Shown here piece by piece: positions 1 through 10,975 of a stretch of 64,000 bases of DNA; position 1 is the stretch's first letter; each line of letters starts with the position of its first letter. Under the pieces are notes generated by a model. The model worked only from the letters and a program-made list of their open reading frames with translations. It searched no databases and was not told where the DNA came from. Location of the stretch: assembly GCA_051530055.1 (NCBI GenBank), contig CM121342.1:11361480-11425479 (forward strand), written 5' to 3'. A program made the position numbers and the translations under genes. The DNA is from Neoechinorhynchus agilis. Its lineage: Eukaryota > Animalia > Acanthocephala.

Positions 1-390
1 TTTCTATGGGATCACCTTTGGGTCCAACTGTGGCTAACGTCTACATTAACTATGTAGAACAGCGGACATTGGATAGCACCGCGCAAGAGGCCCGTCCCAG
101 CTTCTACATTCGATATGTAGATGACATCTTAACCATATTCAAGGAAAAAGCAGATGTGATCAATTTCAAAAATAAAATTGAAGCAATTTTAAGCTTGAAA
201 TTTACCATTGATGAATGTGACAGGCAAGATTCCCATTTATTGGACGTCTGAATATCGCTAAAACCGGGACAACCACTAGAAACCTTCTTCTATCACAAAC
301 CAAGTGATAATGGAGTCTACACGCATTTCCAGTCCTTTACTCCCTTCAAATAAAGAGCATCCTTTTTATCTTGTCAATCATGGATCGCTT
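1..390 (+). mobile_element. Penelope-like element (PLE) reverse transcriptase fragment, decayed, cut by the window start
   Basis: MGSPLGPTVANVY...YIRYVDD...LKFT...LLDV, then after a stop YHKPSDNGVYTHFQS. This matches PLE RT motifs (GSPLSP.LAN, RYVDD, KFT, FLDV, YRKPT..YLHF.S). In-frame stops at 249-251 and later. Confidence 0.8.
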
Positions 391-550
391 GCAATTAAGA
401 AGAGATTTTTGTATGAAATAAAATGAATATTACAAGCAGATAATTTGAAATGGTCAATTTTATTTTCTGATTAAATGCGATTTTTTACCTTCGTTTATTG
501 GAACATACAGTTATAGAATTTTTCATTTGGATATTAATTCGACTAAGTAA

Positions 551-662
551 TTTATCGGAAATCGTTGTTGTCAAAGCACATACTGATCAATATTCTAAAA
601 GAATTATTTATCGGAAATCGTCGTTGTCAAAGCGTATACTGGTCAATATTTTAAAACAATTT
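551..662. repeat. Short tandem duplication, ~55-bp unit x2
   Basis: ttatcggaaatcgt(t/c)gttgtcaaagc(a/g)(c/t)atactg(a/g)tcaatatt occurs twice in tandem. Confidence 0.7.
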
Positions 663-711
663 TATATTTCATGTCTATCTTATTTTTATCGGAATTAAAT
701 ACTCTTGTTTC

Positions 712-2461
712 TCAATAACCCCTCGGATCTTCGAACCAATGGAGCATCGAAGTAAACGGCTGATCCATAAATCCGCCTACTGTATCCTCGTCAGGAGGCC
801 GAGTAGGCAACATTTCTACAGTGTTTTTGCTAGGATACACAAACACAATTCTTAGTTTGCCCCCTCGTCCAGGATTTGAAAAATCAGGTTTGATTGTAAC
901 ATTTAGAATTACATGCTATAAAATAGTTATCGCAGACGATGATGAATCGCACGCATCGGTATAAACTCGGAAACGCTCCATAGAATCTCTTGGCAGACAA
1001 GTGGAGCGTGTTATGTGAACCTAACGAATATTAGATTTTGGCAGTTTACGACCTTTCATCGAAATGGCGTTATCCACAAAAGATTTTGGATCAAGAATAC
1101 CAAACCCAAAATAATTACTTACCCAATATCCAGCTCCATTTTTCCACCATCCTTCGTGCATAGACCGATGAACTATCATATTTGCGTGCTTAACGGACGA
1201 CACTTGACTTCTTTCTTCAAATTTGTTCAAAGCTCACTGGAGCGGAACAGAAAATACTTACTAATTTGTTATCTACGGTGATAAGTAGTACCGATAACAA
1301 GACGGATAAACTGAACTATTGGTTAAAAGGCGAAACATGTGAACTAGTTCAGATGGAAGGATGCACAAAATTTACAATTACAAAAAGGCTGCAGAGATGA
1401 GATTTCTTATGGCACCGCGTCTTCTGTTTGCGTAATCGGGATAAGAAGTAGATTCGAAAAGAAATTTCCATTAATTTCACGGGATGCTTTAACCTTTCAA
1501 ATTGTTCCGGATTTGAATGATGAGACGAACTCTGCACAAGGTTCGTCTGAGCAATATTTGGAGGGATCGAGAGCTTTTGAAACTAACAAGAAGCGAGTTG
1601 TCAAGAAAACCAAAAAATACTACAATGAAAAATCACCGAAAAAATATTTTGATCGTTTAGATCACCAATCGGCTAAAAAAGGTGATCAGGAATATACTGA
1701 AAACGGCTGATGTGCAATTGAAATCTTCATTACACGTACCAATTATACCCGCAGTTATTCGATTTGAAGATTCATCGCTTGTATAACTAGTTTTCAGCGT
1801 AGTACGGCGATGTATGGTTTTTTAGAATACCAGCCACTGCAATCGCGTAATGGGAATTCACTCGTCCATCGGCGGCACAATTATCAAACAAGTGACCACC
1901 ATTACCAGAGGCCATAACTAAGGAAGATCCTAATCCATTGCGTCCCACCCGTGTATTATTAGTTAGAATTGTGTTTTCGTATTTCTTAATTTCCTAAACC
2001 GAGCTACCGTCAATCTGCGCGATCGATTTTATTGTGCAACGTTGCATTATCTAGCGATATTTCGTTATGATATACAAAAATCCCAAAAACGATTATGCAT
2101 CGCTGCTCTTTTAAGCCGCAGTATCCTTCGAGAGGTTCATCTTCATAATAAAAAGATTGAATGCTTTTTTTGTGTTTAGACTGATGAGTTTGCACTCATA
2201 GGCTACACCTACGCCGCAAATATTGTTGTCTGGTTTTACCGCTATGATTCCGGCACAGATATTGCCATCATACGAGTAAACGGCTGAGTTGGGAATAGTT
2301 TCCAAGACGCTATCCTTTAAATCAGGATGATCCTGTTCGATACCGAAATCAACTATGCCCACAGCGACGCCTTTTCCAGTATAACCCTCGTTCCAAACCC
2401 TTTCGATATTCAATGAAGATCGTTGAAGATAGCAACTATTGGGCCATTTCGCGTCGCTCAC
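712..2461 (-). pseudogene. Furin/kexin-type proprotein convertase (S8B) gene, disrupted
   Basis: Segments in the correct order: GYTGKGVAVGIVDFGIEQDHPDL; ICAG..A...NNICGVGVAY; GRNGLGS...ASGNGG..DNCAADG; CTSA; WWKNGAG.WVSNYFGFGILD; P-domain TRP.D...GF...FTSMLHWFEDPRG. Frameshifts and stops lie between them, and the catalytic HGT motif reads DGN. Confidence 0.7.
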
Positions 2462-2606
2462 CGGCGATAATGATGTTAATGCTACATAAATTTCCGGATT
2501 CTGGTAGATTAAAGGAAATGCTTACAAAGAATGGAAATAGAAAGATTGTTAACATAACTCAACCGTGATCTAAGTAGTCGTCAACTAATGTAGAAATGCT
2601 TTGGAC

Positions 2607-3055
2607 TTACCTTCTCGCATTTTACAGTTGACGGTTCGAAGTTTTCGTTTTAAGTCATTATTGTCTTAATCATTTACCTTCTCGCATTTTACATTTGATA
2701 ACTGGAAGTTGCCGCTTTAAGTCATTGCCTTAAGCATTTACCTTCGCGCATTTTACAGTTGACGACTGGAAGTTTTCGTTTCAAGTCATTATTGTCTTAA
2801 TCATTTACCTTCTCGCATTTTACATTTGATAACTGGAAGTTGCCGCTTTAAGTCATTGCCTTAAGCATTTACCTTCTCGCATTTTACAGTTGACGGTTCG
2901 AAGTTTTCGTTTCAAGGCATTATTGTCTTAATCATTTACCTTCTCGCATTTTTACATTTGACGGCTGGAAGTTGTCGTTTTAACTCATTGCCTCAAGGAT
3001 TTACCCGTCTGGATTTTTTTCGTTTGATAATTGGAAATTTTCGTTTTAAGTCACT
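2607..3055. repeat. Minisatellite, ~7 units of 64-67 bp alternating as a 131-bp higher-order repeat
   Basis: Units starting ttaccttc(t/g)cgcatttt at 2607, 2674, 2738, 2805, 2869, 2936 and 3001 (spacings 67, 64, 67, 64, 67, 65). Confidence 0.9.
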
Positions 3056-3710
3056 ACGTTAGGGTGGGCTTTTGCTACTTGAAAACGGGCGTCCTTCGTG
3101 ATTCTATCGAGTAGCTTGGTCGATCTAGTCGATACTAGGACTTCGATGGACAATATATATATTGGTCGGATTTATGTTCGGGAAACACCCCTTGCTGAAA
3201 AGTGTCGCCGTAGCATTAACAGGAAGGTGAAGTCCAGGACATCGAGAGGAAATCGGTGCGTGTATTCTGATAAAACCGCAATCCGTTGATCGGATTACCT
3301 TGTCGCACATCGGGCAGACTAATGAGGAGTGATTTGAAGATTGGGGAAAGCCGGCGGGTCAATATTCTGGCAGTTCAAATTGCGAGTGAACGATGGCGTC
3401 AAAATTCCGAACAGTAGACGTGCAACATATTCGATTGTTTAAATTCACAGGACGGTCCAAGATAGTTGCGATTGTTGATTTCCTAACAACTTTTCTGCTT
3501 CCTAACTTCTAAACTACTTCAGGGCGGTATGGCGTCCATCATTGCGCTGCCCTTTTTGAACGAAATAAGCCAACAATCTTTGCATGACGGACTTGAAAGA
3601 TGCATCAACTGGCTAAGACCATTTAAATCCTCGTGGCTTAAACAATCAGAACTTTTCTTGAATATTATTTTTTTTTAAGTTTTACTGGCAAGCCGGTATT
3701 GTTATCATCT

Positions 3711-4149
3711 TTCAATTTTAGTCAATCCCTTTCTTCTCCGGCTTATTTATTTAGACATAAAGCCAAACCAATTACATCAGAGAAGTGATATAACCACATA
3801 GTCTCTAATGTCGGTTAAGAGTTTGTACATTCCTCCGGATCCTCAGATACCTCCAGGAGGCGGGGCTCATCAGTGAGTTTCCTCCCTTCAGCGGTATTTC
3901 GTCCCCTTTGGTTGTGCGTTCGAATCCGTTACCACCAATGACGCACAACCAAAGGGGACGAAATACCGCTGAAGGTAGGAAACTCACTGATGAGTCCCGC
4001 CTCCCGGAGGTATCTGAGGATCCGGAGGAATGTACAAACTCTTAACCGACATTAGAGACTATGTGGTTATATCACTTTTCTGATGTAATTGGTTTGGCTT
4101 TATGCCTAAATAAATAAGCCGGACAAGAAAGGGATTGACTAAAATTGAA
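3711..4149. mobile_element. Head-to-head inverted pair of hammerhead-SINE copies (A on minus, B on plus) forming a 209-bp-arm palindrome
   Basis: 3711-3919 is the reverse complement of 3941-4149 with about 6 mismatches. The 21-nt spacer carries the B-box remnant TTCGAATCC. Both arms match the repeat at 14250, 35405, 44564 and 54930. Confidence 0.9.
3954..4018 (+). ncRNA. Hammerhead ribozyme with non-canonical (permuted/pseudoknotted) strand order
   Basis: GGGAC-GAAA-UACC...CUCA-CUGAUGA-GUCCC...GGUAU-C-UGAG. Stem II is 3955-59/3994-98, stem III is 3963-67/4009-13 and stem I is 3983-86/4015-18. Predicted cleavage follows C4014 (AUC). All core nucleotides are present. Confidence 0.75.
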
Positions 4150-5101
4150 TGAATCTTGAATATTATTATTTGAAAGCATGCGTTACCATTTTCATATCGC
4201 TATATCAGTTCTTTAATCAATTTTCTTGCCTTTTAGCAGCTATGAATTTGTTTGATTGTAATGAGGTTTTTACAGCGACAAATTGATGGCGAATCAATGT
4301 TTATCCCATACATGCTCTCCATCTTCATTTTCAGTATTAGAAACCGTCTTTTCTAAAAGCACGATTAAAATCTTTAAGAGTAATACGTTTCTTTGCTAAA
4401 ATAAGACTCACATTAATATTTATAACGCAGGGACTAGAAAATCGAATAAATCTTGGGCTGACGACGGAATATTCCATTCGGCGAGATTGAACAATGCTTT
4501 CTATTTTCTAAAGAAAACATAGATTTAAAAAAGACTGTAAATCAAAGGACCTTCTTTTGGCTGGATAACAAAATCGTGGACGCATGACGATTTTACGCTC
4601 AGTGTCGTCAAGAATCGTCAAAGTTGTAAGAACGCCTAGGCTGCAAAAATGTTTCCAAGCGTAGAAGTGATGTGTTTTTTGGCGTCTGTAATCTCCGGAC
4701 TGGATTTTTGGTTTATTACAACGTCAACACGTCCAGATTCGCTCTTGTATGTTAAACCAAAGCTCCTTCATTACTTTTTTTGTTCATTCACACATCAGAT
4801 TAAATATAGCGCTACTAAATTTGACCTGATGTCTGCATTTTTCCATGTGTGTTCTTTGGTGATGAAGAAAATAGATATCGATTTATTAATTCTCAATGTT
4901 TCGTCCGTTTCGTGGGACCTCATGTCCAAAAAGTAGCGACAGGTCAGGGTGGCTTTAAAAAAAGAATACAATTATATCTCGAATGAACTGTTGATAAATA
5001 CGACCATCATTGGAATGACTAGTTTTAAGGTATATTTTCCGCATACGCACATTAACTTGTATGACTCTTCTCTTTTGCCCCGCTTCCATCTAGTTCAGAT
5101 T

Positions 5102-5812
5102 ATGACTTTTTGCAACAACCCATCTCGAGTCATACTCATTTTCGTCAATGCAATCGTATTTTTGATTTCAATATTGTCTATTATTGCATTATTTATCTTT
5201 ACAAAGTACACGCCAGAATACCTAATCCATTTGGCCGATCCTTGTGCTGCAATACCAGCCCACACTTTCCTGATCATAATTGCGATCGCTACAGCACTAG
5301 TTTCAACAATAGGACTTTTGGGAAGTTATCGAAGATCTCAAACGATTCTTCGAACATTTGCCATCGCAATCATTATATCCATGGTTGTTGATACTTCACT
5401 CGCAATTGCATCTTACAATTTCGACATTGGCAAAATAGGCAAACGATTCATGATCGGAGTTGAACAAACTTTTCATAAAGCGATTAACATAGAGGACCGT
5501 AAGAGGTTACGTATAGTCAACGTTATTCAATCTGAATTTCAATGTTGCGGATTCCATGGCCCAACCGATTGGCCAAGATCCAAGATTCCCGCGACTTGTA
5601 TTCTAACTTCAAAAGGTGGTGGATTCGTATCGAAGCATGGATGTAAAACAGCGGTTTTTGAAGCAGCTAAGAATATGGCTTGTCTTATTGGAAATGGACT
5701 TATAGCCCTGATTATTTGTGAATTTCTCGTGCTGTGGGCTGTGTTCAGGGTTGCAAGAAATGGAAATGCACCTTCGCCAATGCAAAGATTCGGTCTTAGA
5801 AAGGTCGAGTAG
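5102..5812 (+). CDS. Tetraspanin (intronless, 236 aa)
   Basis: Four hydrophobic segments, a CCG motif (QSEFQCCGFHGPTDW), PATC and a late Cys in the large extracellular loop. ATG 5102 follows a TTCAG acceptor-like site. Confidence 0.9.
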   Translation: MTFCNNPSRVILIFVNAIVFLISILSIIALFIFTKYTPEYLIHLADPCAAIPAHTFLIIIAIATALVSTIGLLGSYRRSQTILRTFAIAIIISMVVDTSLAIASYNFDIGKIGKRFMIGVEQTFHKAINIEDRKRLRIVNVIQSEFQCCGFHGPTDWPRSKIPATCILTSKGGGFVSKHGCKTAVFEAAKNMACLIGNGLIALIICEFLVLWAVFRVARNGNAPSPMQRFGLRKVE

Positions 5813-6532
5813 CGAACCTCTCAGAAAATGTTCTGTACTTTATGTAACGGTCACTTAAAAATCTAGCATTTTCTCGAGTGCGAAACGAACAATAGAATTC
5901 TAGTTTCTGGTCTAATTTCAACAAGATTATAGAAGTCAATTTATCCTTTTGATCCTCGATACACAAATTGGTGAAGTTGTTTTTCCTTAATCATTCAAAG
6001 AACGTCCGCGAGTAGACAACCAACTGGTTATATCGAACCCAGTTGGTTGCTCACTAGGCACTCAATAGAACTTATTTTTCTCATACAACATATTCTTAAT
6101 TCCATTTATTTCAAATTAAAAGAACGTTGGGTTGCATGGTACTTTACGAAATCAAAATAATGAATTTGCCAAAGTCCACATTTAAGATAATTATCGATTG
6201 GTAAATGCACTACATTCCTAAATTGTGGCAAATCTAATGAGTCACTCTTAATCAAAACAGAGAAGTCTCATTCCATAAACGCAATGTTCGATATTCAAAG
6301 ATAAAGTTGACATTTGACCGATTTCTCGGCTGAAATATGCTCAACAATTTTTTTTATGGTCTTATTGAATTTTATTTATCTTATTTACCAATACCCGTTT
6401 GAGCGACTGAACGTATACATAATTGCGTTCATATGATATATTAAAGCTTTTTTGAAGAAAAAAGGACGAACACATTGCAACGGATATGTCGATATTTTTC
6501 TTGCAAATAAAGTTGAAACTTCGCACGCGTTC

Positions 6533-8185
6533 TTACTTCCACAGTTTCTTCAGTGAAATGTTCTTGTCTGATTCTCTTTGCATCACCTAAACTCAGGCAA
6601 AACATTAAAGAAATTCTACAAAAAGAAGAGACCTTTGTGACTGCAAGTTCAAAATCCTCTTGAGTAACATGAACTCTTCTTTCCCTCAATGCATACATTC
6701 CTGCCTCCGTGCATACGCCTTTGACCTCCGCGCCGGACGCGCCTGGCATAAGTTCCGCGATTTTCTTCAGGTTGATTCCTCGGGTAAGATTCATTCTTTT
6801 TGAGTGAATTCTCAGGATTTCGGCCCGAGCAGCTTCATTTGGAACGGGAAACTCGATTTTTCGGTCAATTCTACCGGGTCGCAAAAGTGCAGGATCGAGG
6901 ATATCGATTCGGTTGGTTGCCATGATCACTTTTATGTTTTGTTTTGGTTCAAACCCATCGAGTTGATTAAGAAGTTCAAGCATTGTTCTTTGCACTTCAC
7001 TGTCTCCTCCTGAATGGCTCTCGATTCTAGTTGAACCAATCGAATCAATCTCGTCCATGAATATAATAGAAGGAGCGTGCTCTCGTGCCATAACGAATAA
7101 CTCACGAACCATTCGGCTTCCTTCACCAATGAACTTTTGAACTAATTCGGATCCTGACACACGGATAAATGTGCAATCCGTGTGATGAGCTACTGCACGA
7201 GCCAAAAGTGTTTTCCCCGTGCCGGGTGGTCCATACAATAGAACACCCTGTACGAGTTGTCTTATTGAACGAAAAAACCCATTTAAATTTACCTTTGGTT
7301 GAGCTATTCCAAGTGACTCGAACAATTCGGGGTGCTTTACGGGAAGTTCGATGACCTCCTTAATCTCCTTCACTTGTTTATCGAGACCGCCAATCATGTC
7401 GAACGTACTGTCGGGTACTTTCTCGACCATCATTAAGCTCACCAAAGGATCAACCTTAGTTTTCGTTTAATTATTAAGAATGACAGAACTTTTGAAACTC
7501 ACCTTACTAGGAAGTACCTTGTGAAGCAGATATGATTCACTTTTAAGTGCAACTCGCGTATTGGGCGTGAGTTTGCCTACATCGATCGACCTGTCTACGT
7601 CCACAACATATTTTCCTTCAGGTTGAATCTATCAAGAAAAAAAGGTTAACAATAATGGGTTTTTTTCGCTTTTTAATGGATTCCTGCTATTCCGATTGAT
7701 CTGTAGCAGCAACACTGCAACGCACTGCATTTAAAAAACTTTATCCGCTGTGAAAGTTTAAATTTTTTGGTAAAATTCACATTTTCGACGGACCGATCGC
7801 TTTTAGTGATGATGGTTGTTTCTGACAATAAAGAAATTAACATTACCTTCACCAACACTTTTCGTTTATCTATTGGTTTAATAACTTCGCCTACATATGA
7901 TCCGGATTCGTGCAGTAATTGAAGTTCCTCGCGCAATTTGCGAACTATTTTCAATATTGTGTACGAGATATATTGTCTCATGCCTACCTTTTGAATTTAG
8001 TTCGTCCCGTTGAGCTTCAAGACGTCTTAGATTATGAGACCGTTCAATAAGTTCGTTCTTTAAACAATAATTAAAACTGCGAGTATATGACCGAAAACTC
8101 GTACCTGAAGTTGGTCGGCTCTGTGAGCGTAATATTCGTTGATTCCGTCCCGTTTTCCCTTTTTCAAAATTCCACTTCCGGTCAT
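6533..8185 (-). CDS. PSMC5: 26S proteasome AAA-ATPase subunit Rpt6 (7 exons, GT-AG introns)
   Basis: [55 protein letters not shown] and C-terminal NISLKKLWK*. The ORF track reads through an in-frame 45-nt intron. Confidence 0.97.
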
Positions 8186-8488
8186 TATCTTGAACAAAAA
8201 GGGCGAAAATGAATAATAAGCCAATTCAAACGAGCGAATTGAAATCTGGCTAAAGGAACAAAAACTGGCTTCATTAATGCAAGTGAAACCAGTAGTTTCG
8301 GTGTAAATTTAACATAGTTAGAAATTGAATAGGATGCAAATAAAAGATTTACCTGTAACCGTAGCTTGCGGTTCTTGAGACCGATAGATTAAGTACAATG
8401 ACCATTTGTGGCTTAATTTGTGCATCAAAAAGCGGTGCTTACAAAGACAAAATCCCTTAGAGAAGAAGTTTGGGAGAATCGAAAAAAT

Positions 8489-9430
8489 TCATTTCATAAA
8501 ACAAACGACATTCTTCAAATACCTAACGAAGTTCAAACTACCTCCTGCTATTTCCCGTGCTTCGTCTTCTTCAATTGCATCTGCCTTACAGAGCACCACC
8601 TGACCTAACCCTCCTTCCAGTACAGCTACGTATCCTTCAGGTTTTAGAAGCCTAAGAGCACCAACAAGTACATCATTTGACACGTAACCAGTTTCGAGCT
8701 TGGTCATGCGAACGGTACTTGTTTGCCCTTCGAACTCCGGTTTTATCAGAGCGAGAATCGCCTTTTTTACCGACTGTTTCGATGGCTTGTATATGGAGCT
8801 AAGCATTGTTTCTCGGTTTCGGATTCGATAATGTGCCGGAACGATGTCAGATGAAATAAGATCCAAAAGTCTGCAATAAGCACTCATCTGCCTTATAGAA
8901 TCTTCATAGCGAGCATGTGAAGCGATTTCCTCAATCTCCTTTATGGCGCACTTGCTAGCATCAACGACACCTTTAAACGAGCGCCCAACATGACTAACAG
9001 GACCACCAAACATAGCGGACACTCAGATCATAAATGCCAATATTCCGATAAATTTGAATCCTTGAGCATCAGTATAAGCTTGGCTAATAATGCCATCGAC
9101 TCCTCGAAGATGAGCTTCGTTCTCAGCACTTTCCAATTCATCACATGAAAAGTCTCTAAGAGTTGTAAGCTTAGCACCTATAATCATTTGGTTTTCATGC
9201 AATCCATATGGCATTGTGGCTTCTTGGAAACACGCGTAAACGAAATTGCCACGTAATGAGCAAATAAAAGGCATAACTGTATGTTCAATGTCCACTGAAA
9301 TGTCCTTAAACTTTTTCCTCTTTGGCATTCGCAGAGGCTTTGCTAGTTCACCTTCTATGTGAATAGAATTTTCGATATATTTTTGCTCCACACAGTCGAT
9401 CAAACAAATTTCAAAAGCATTTCGACCTTA
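8489..9430 (-). CDS. AlaRS C-terminal half: degenerate editing-domain remnant, in-frame TGA (9023-9025), then C-Ala domain
   Basis: LLDLISSDIVPAHYRIRNRETM...KPSKQSVKKAIL...LETGYVSNDVLVGALRLLK...GQVVLCK resembles recalled AARS C-Ala (AVIPQWQKDELRETL...ASKADVQKRVL...MESGASAKALNEALKLFK...GKITCLCQV). The HxxxH and CGGTH editing motifs are absent. Confidence 0.55.
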
Positions 9431-9931
9431 AAATGAATTTCAAATAAAAAACCAAAAGTCAGCAACGACAGCCATTTAAGAAATAAGGATAAGCGATAGA
9501 ACAACTCTTTTTGGCGATCATATCTTTTGGTTCAGCTTTAAAAACTCAATCTGATCCCGAATTGTTTGGGCCCAATAAAAAAGTTGAGAGAAGTGACAAC
9601 AACAAATTACTCTAACATTTTTAGACATTTTCTTGTGGTAGTTTTCCCACCGCGGATTTAAATTCAGTTAATATATTTTCTATATTTCGCGTCGTATAAT
9701 TCCAACATTATCAAGGTTTAGAAACCTTGAAAGTATCTTGACCTCCGAAGATAATAATCCAAGACATTTTTAGATGTAATAAGCGTTTAAGAATTTTTAA
9801 AGAGTAAAACTAAATTTTTAAGTTATATTGTTGACGCAAGAAGCTATTTGGAAGTACTTATATTTGGGGTTCTGTATCTTAGAAAAAGTGCTCGAAAGAT
9901 TTAAAACTTTCACGCTATAACGTTTGTTCGA

Positions 9932-10975
9932 TCACCTGCTTAACTGCTTTATAGTTGTCTTAATATCATTATTATTCCTTTCCAGTTCCGGATAAATGCT
10001 TCCCAAAGACTTAACGACTTCATCAACCATTTCATGCACAAATGGACGTTGTATATCGGCCTTAAATACATATTTAGCCTGTAGTAAACACCGTTCAATA
10101 AGTTTTCGGATTTGTGAACCTAACCCAAGAGGGCTAGGATAAAGTCCATCAGCCATCGCTATACAAACCGTCCTCAAATGATCACATATTATTTTCACGG
10201 CCACCTCATGATCTTTCGATATGCTAAAAAGTTCCCGGATTTTTTTATTTAAACCTGAAAACACATCGGTACTAAATACGGAATCGACCTGAGTGACTAT
10301 AGCGGTTAAACGCTCTAGCCCGAGACCGGTATCCACCATTGTCAAATGTTGACCAAGCTTACTTTTCTCGCCATTCTCCGAACGGAATTCATCGATAAGA
10401 ACAATATTCCACAGTTCAACTGCTTCACCGTTCGCGTCCAAGTAGTCAAGTTCGGTGGACGATCCGCATGGGCCGGTATCGGCCATTTCCCAATACAAGC
10501 GATCATCTTCACTGACTTGATTGACCCCAAGTTTTCTCCATTGGTCTCCAACTGATTTCAACCGGCTTGAATGGCGAGCACAAAGTCTTCGAATGTCCAA
10601 TCGGAGTTCTTTAACTAAAAAATCAACCGCGAAACTCATAGATTCATTTAGACGATCCTCGGTGGATTTGAGAGAATCATGTGACCACGTGCCTAACATT
10701 TCAAAGAACGTGAGATGAACACGGGTTACTCCAACGTTGCTGAGGTCGTTGTGCCGTCCACCAAGTCGAATACATTTCTGACAGCAAGCTGATTGATTAT
10801 AATCAAATCCCCGTGATCGGTGAAGAAGGTCTTCGCGGTATCGGAAAACGCCCGAATTGACAAAGTACGTCCCGGACGGATCGATCGATCGCGGTATCAC
10901 CGAAATACTCTCCAAAACACGATGCCCACGGCTAGAAGCGAAACTCAAAAAAGAACCACGTAAATGATTTTGCAT
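9932..10975 (-). CDS. AARS2: Alanyl-tRNA synthetase, mitochondrial-type, N-terminal catalytic domain (ORF ends at 347 aa)
   Basis: FVNSGV, CQKCIRLGGRHNDLSNVG..HLTFFEMLGTWS, WEMADTGPCGSSTE, VELWNIV, VDTGLGLERL, ICDHLRT. The link to the downstream half (9430-9930) is unresolved. Confidence 0.85.
   Translation of the reverse strand: MQNHLRGSFLSFASSRGHRVLESISVIPRSIDPSGTYFVNSGVFRYREDLLHRSRGFDYNQSACCQKCIRLGGRHNDLSNVGVTRVHLTFFEMLGTWSHDSLKSTEDRLNESMSFAVDFLVKELRLDIRRLCARHSSRLKSVGDQWRKLGVNQVSEDDRLYWEMADTGPCGSSTELDYLDANGEAVELWNIVLIDEFRSENGEKSKLGQHLTMVDTGLGLERLTAIVTQVDSVFSTDVFSGLNKKIRELFSISKDHEVAVKIICDHLRTVCIAMADGLYPSPLGLGSQIRKLIERCLLQAKYVFKADIQRPFVHEMVDEVVKSLGSIYPELERNNNDIKTTIKQLSR

Noticed and set aside
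2607-3055. CRISPR array
   Set aside because: Units are contiguous repeats with no unique spacers, and the context is eukaryotic.
3960-3998. Canonical type II hammerhead using linker GGTA in copy B
   Set aside because: It would need GGUAUH but reads GGUAGG, and the linker is GGGA or GGTT in the other copies.
6441-7445. PSMC5 with a 15-aa insertion and novel C-terminus (likewise 17 extra aa in DDX47)
   Set aside because: Explained by ordinary GT-AG introns that the ORF track reads through.
712-9934. UGA reassigned to Trp or Sec (in-frame TGAs at 712, 9023 and 9932)
   Set aside because: RPS7 and POLR3A end with TGA at their normal C-termini, the convertase has other lesions, and I saw no SECIS-like element after 8489.
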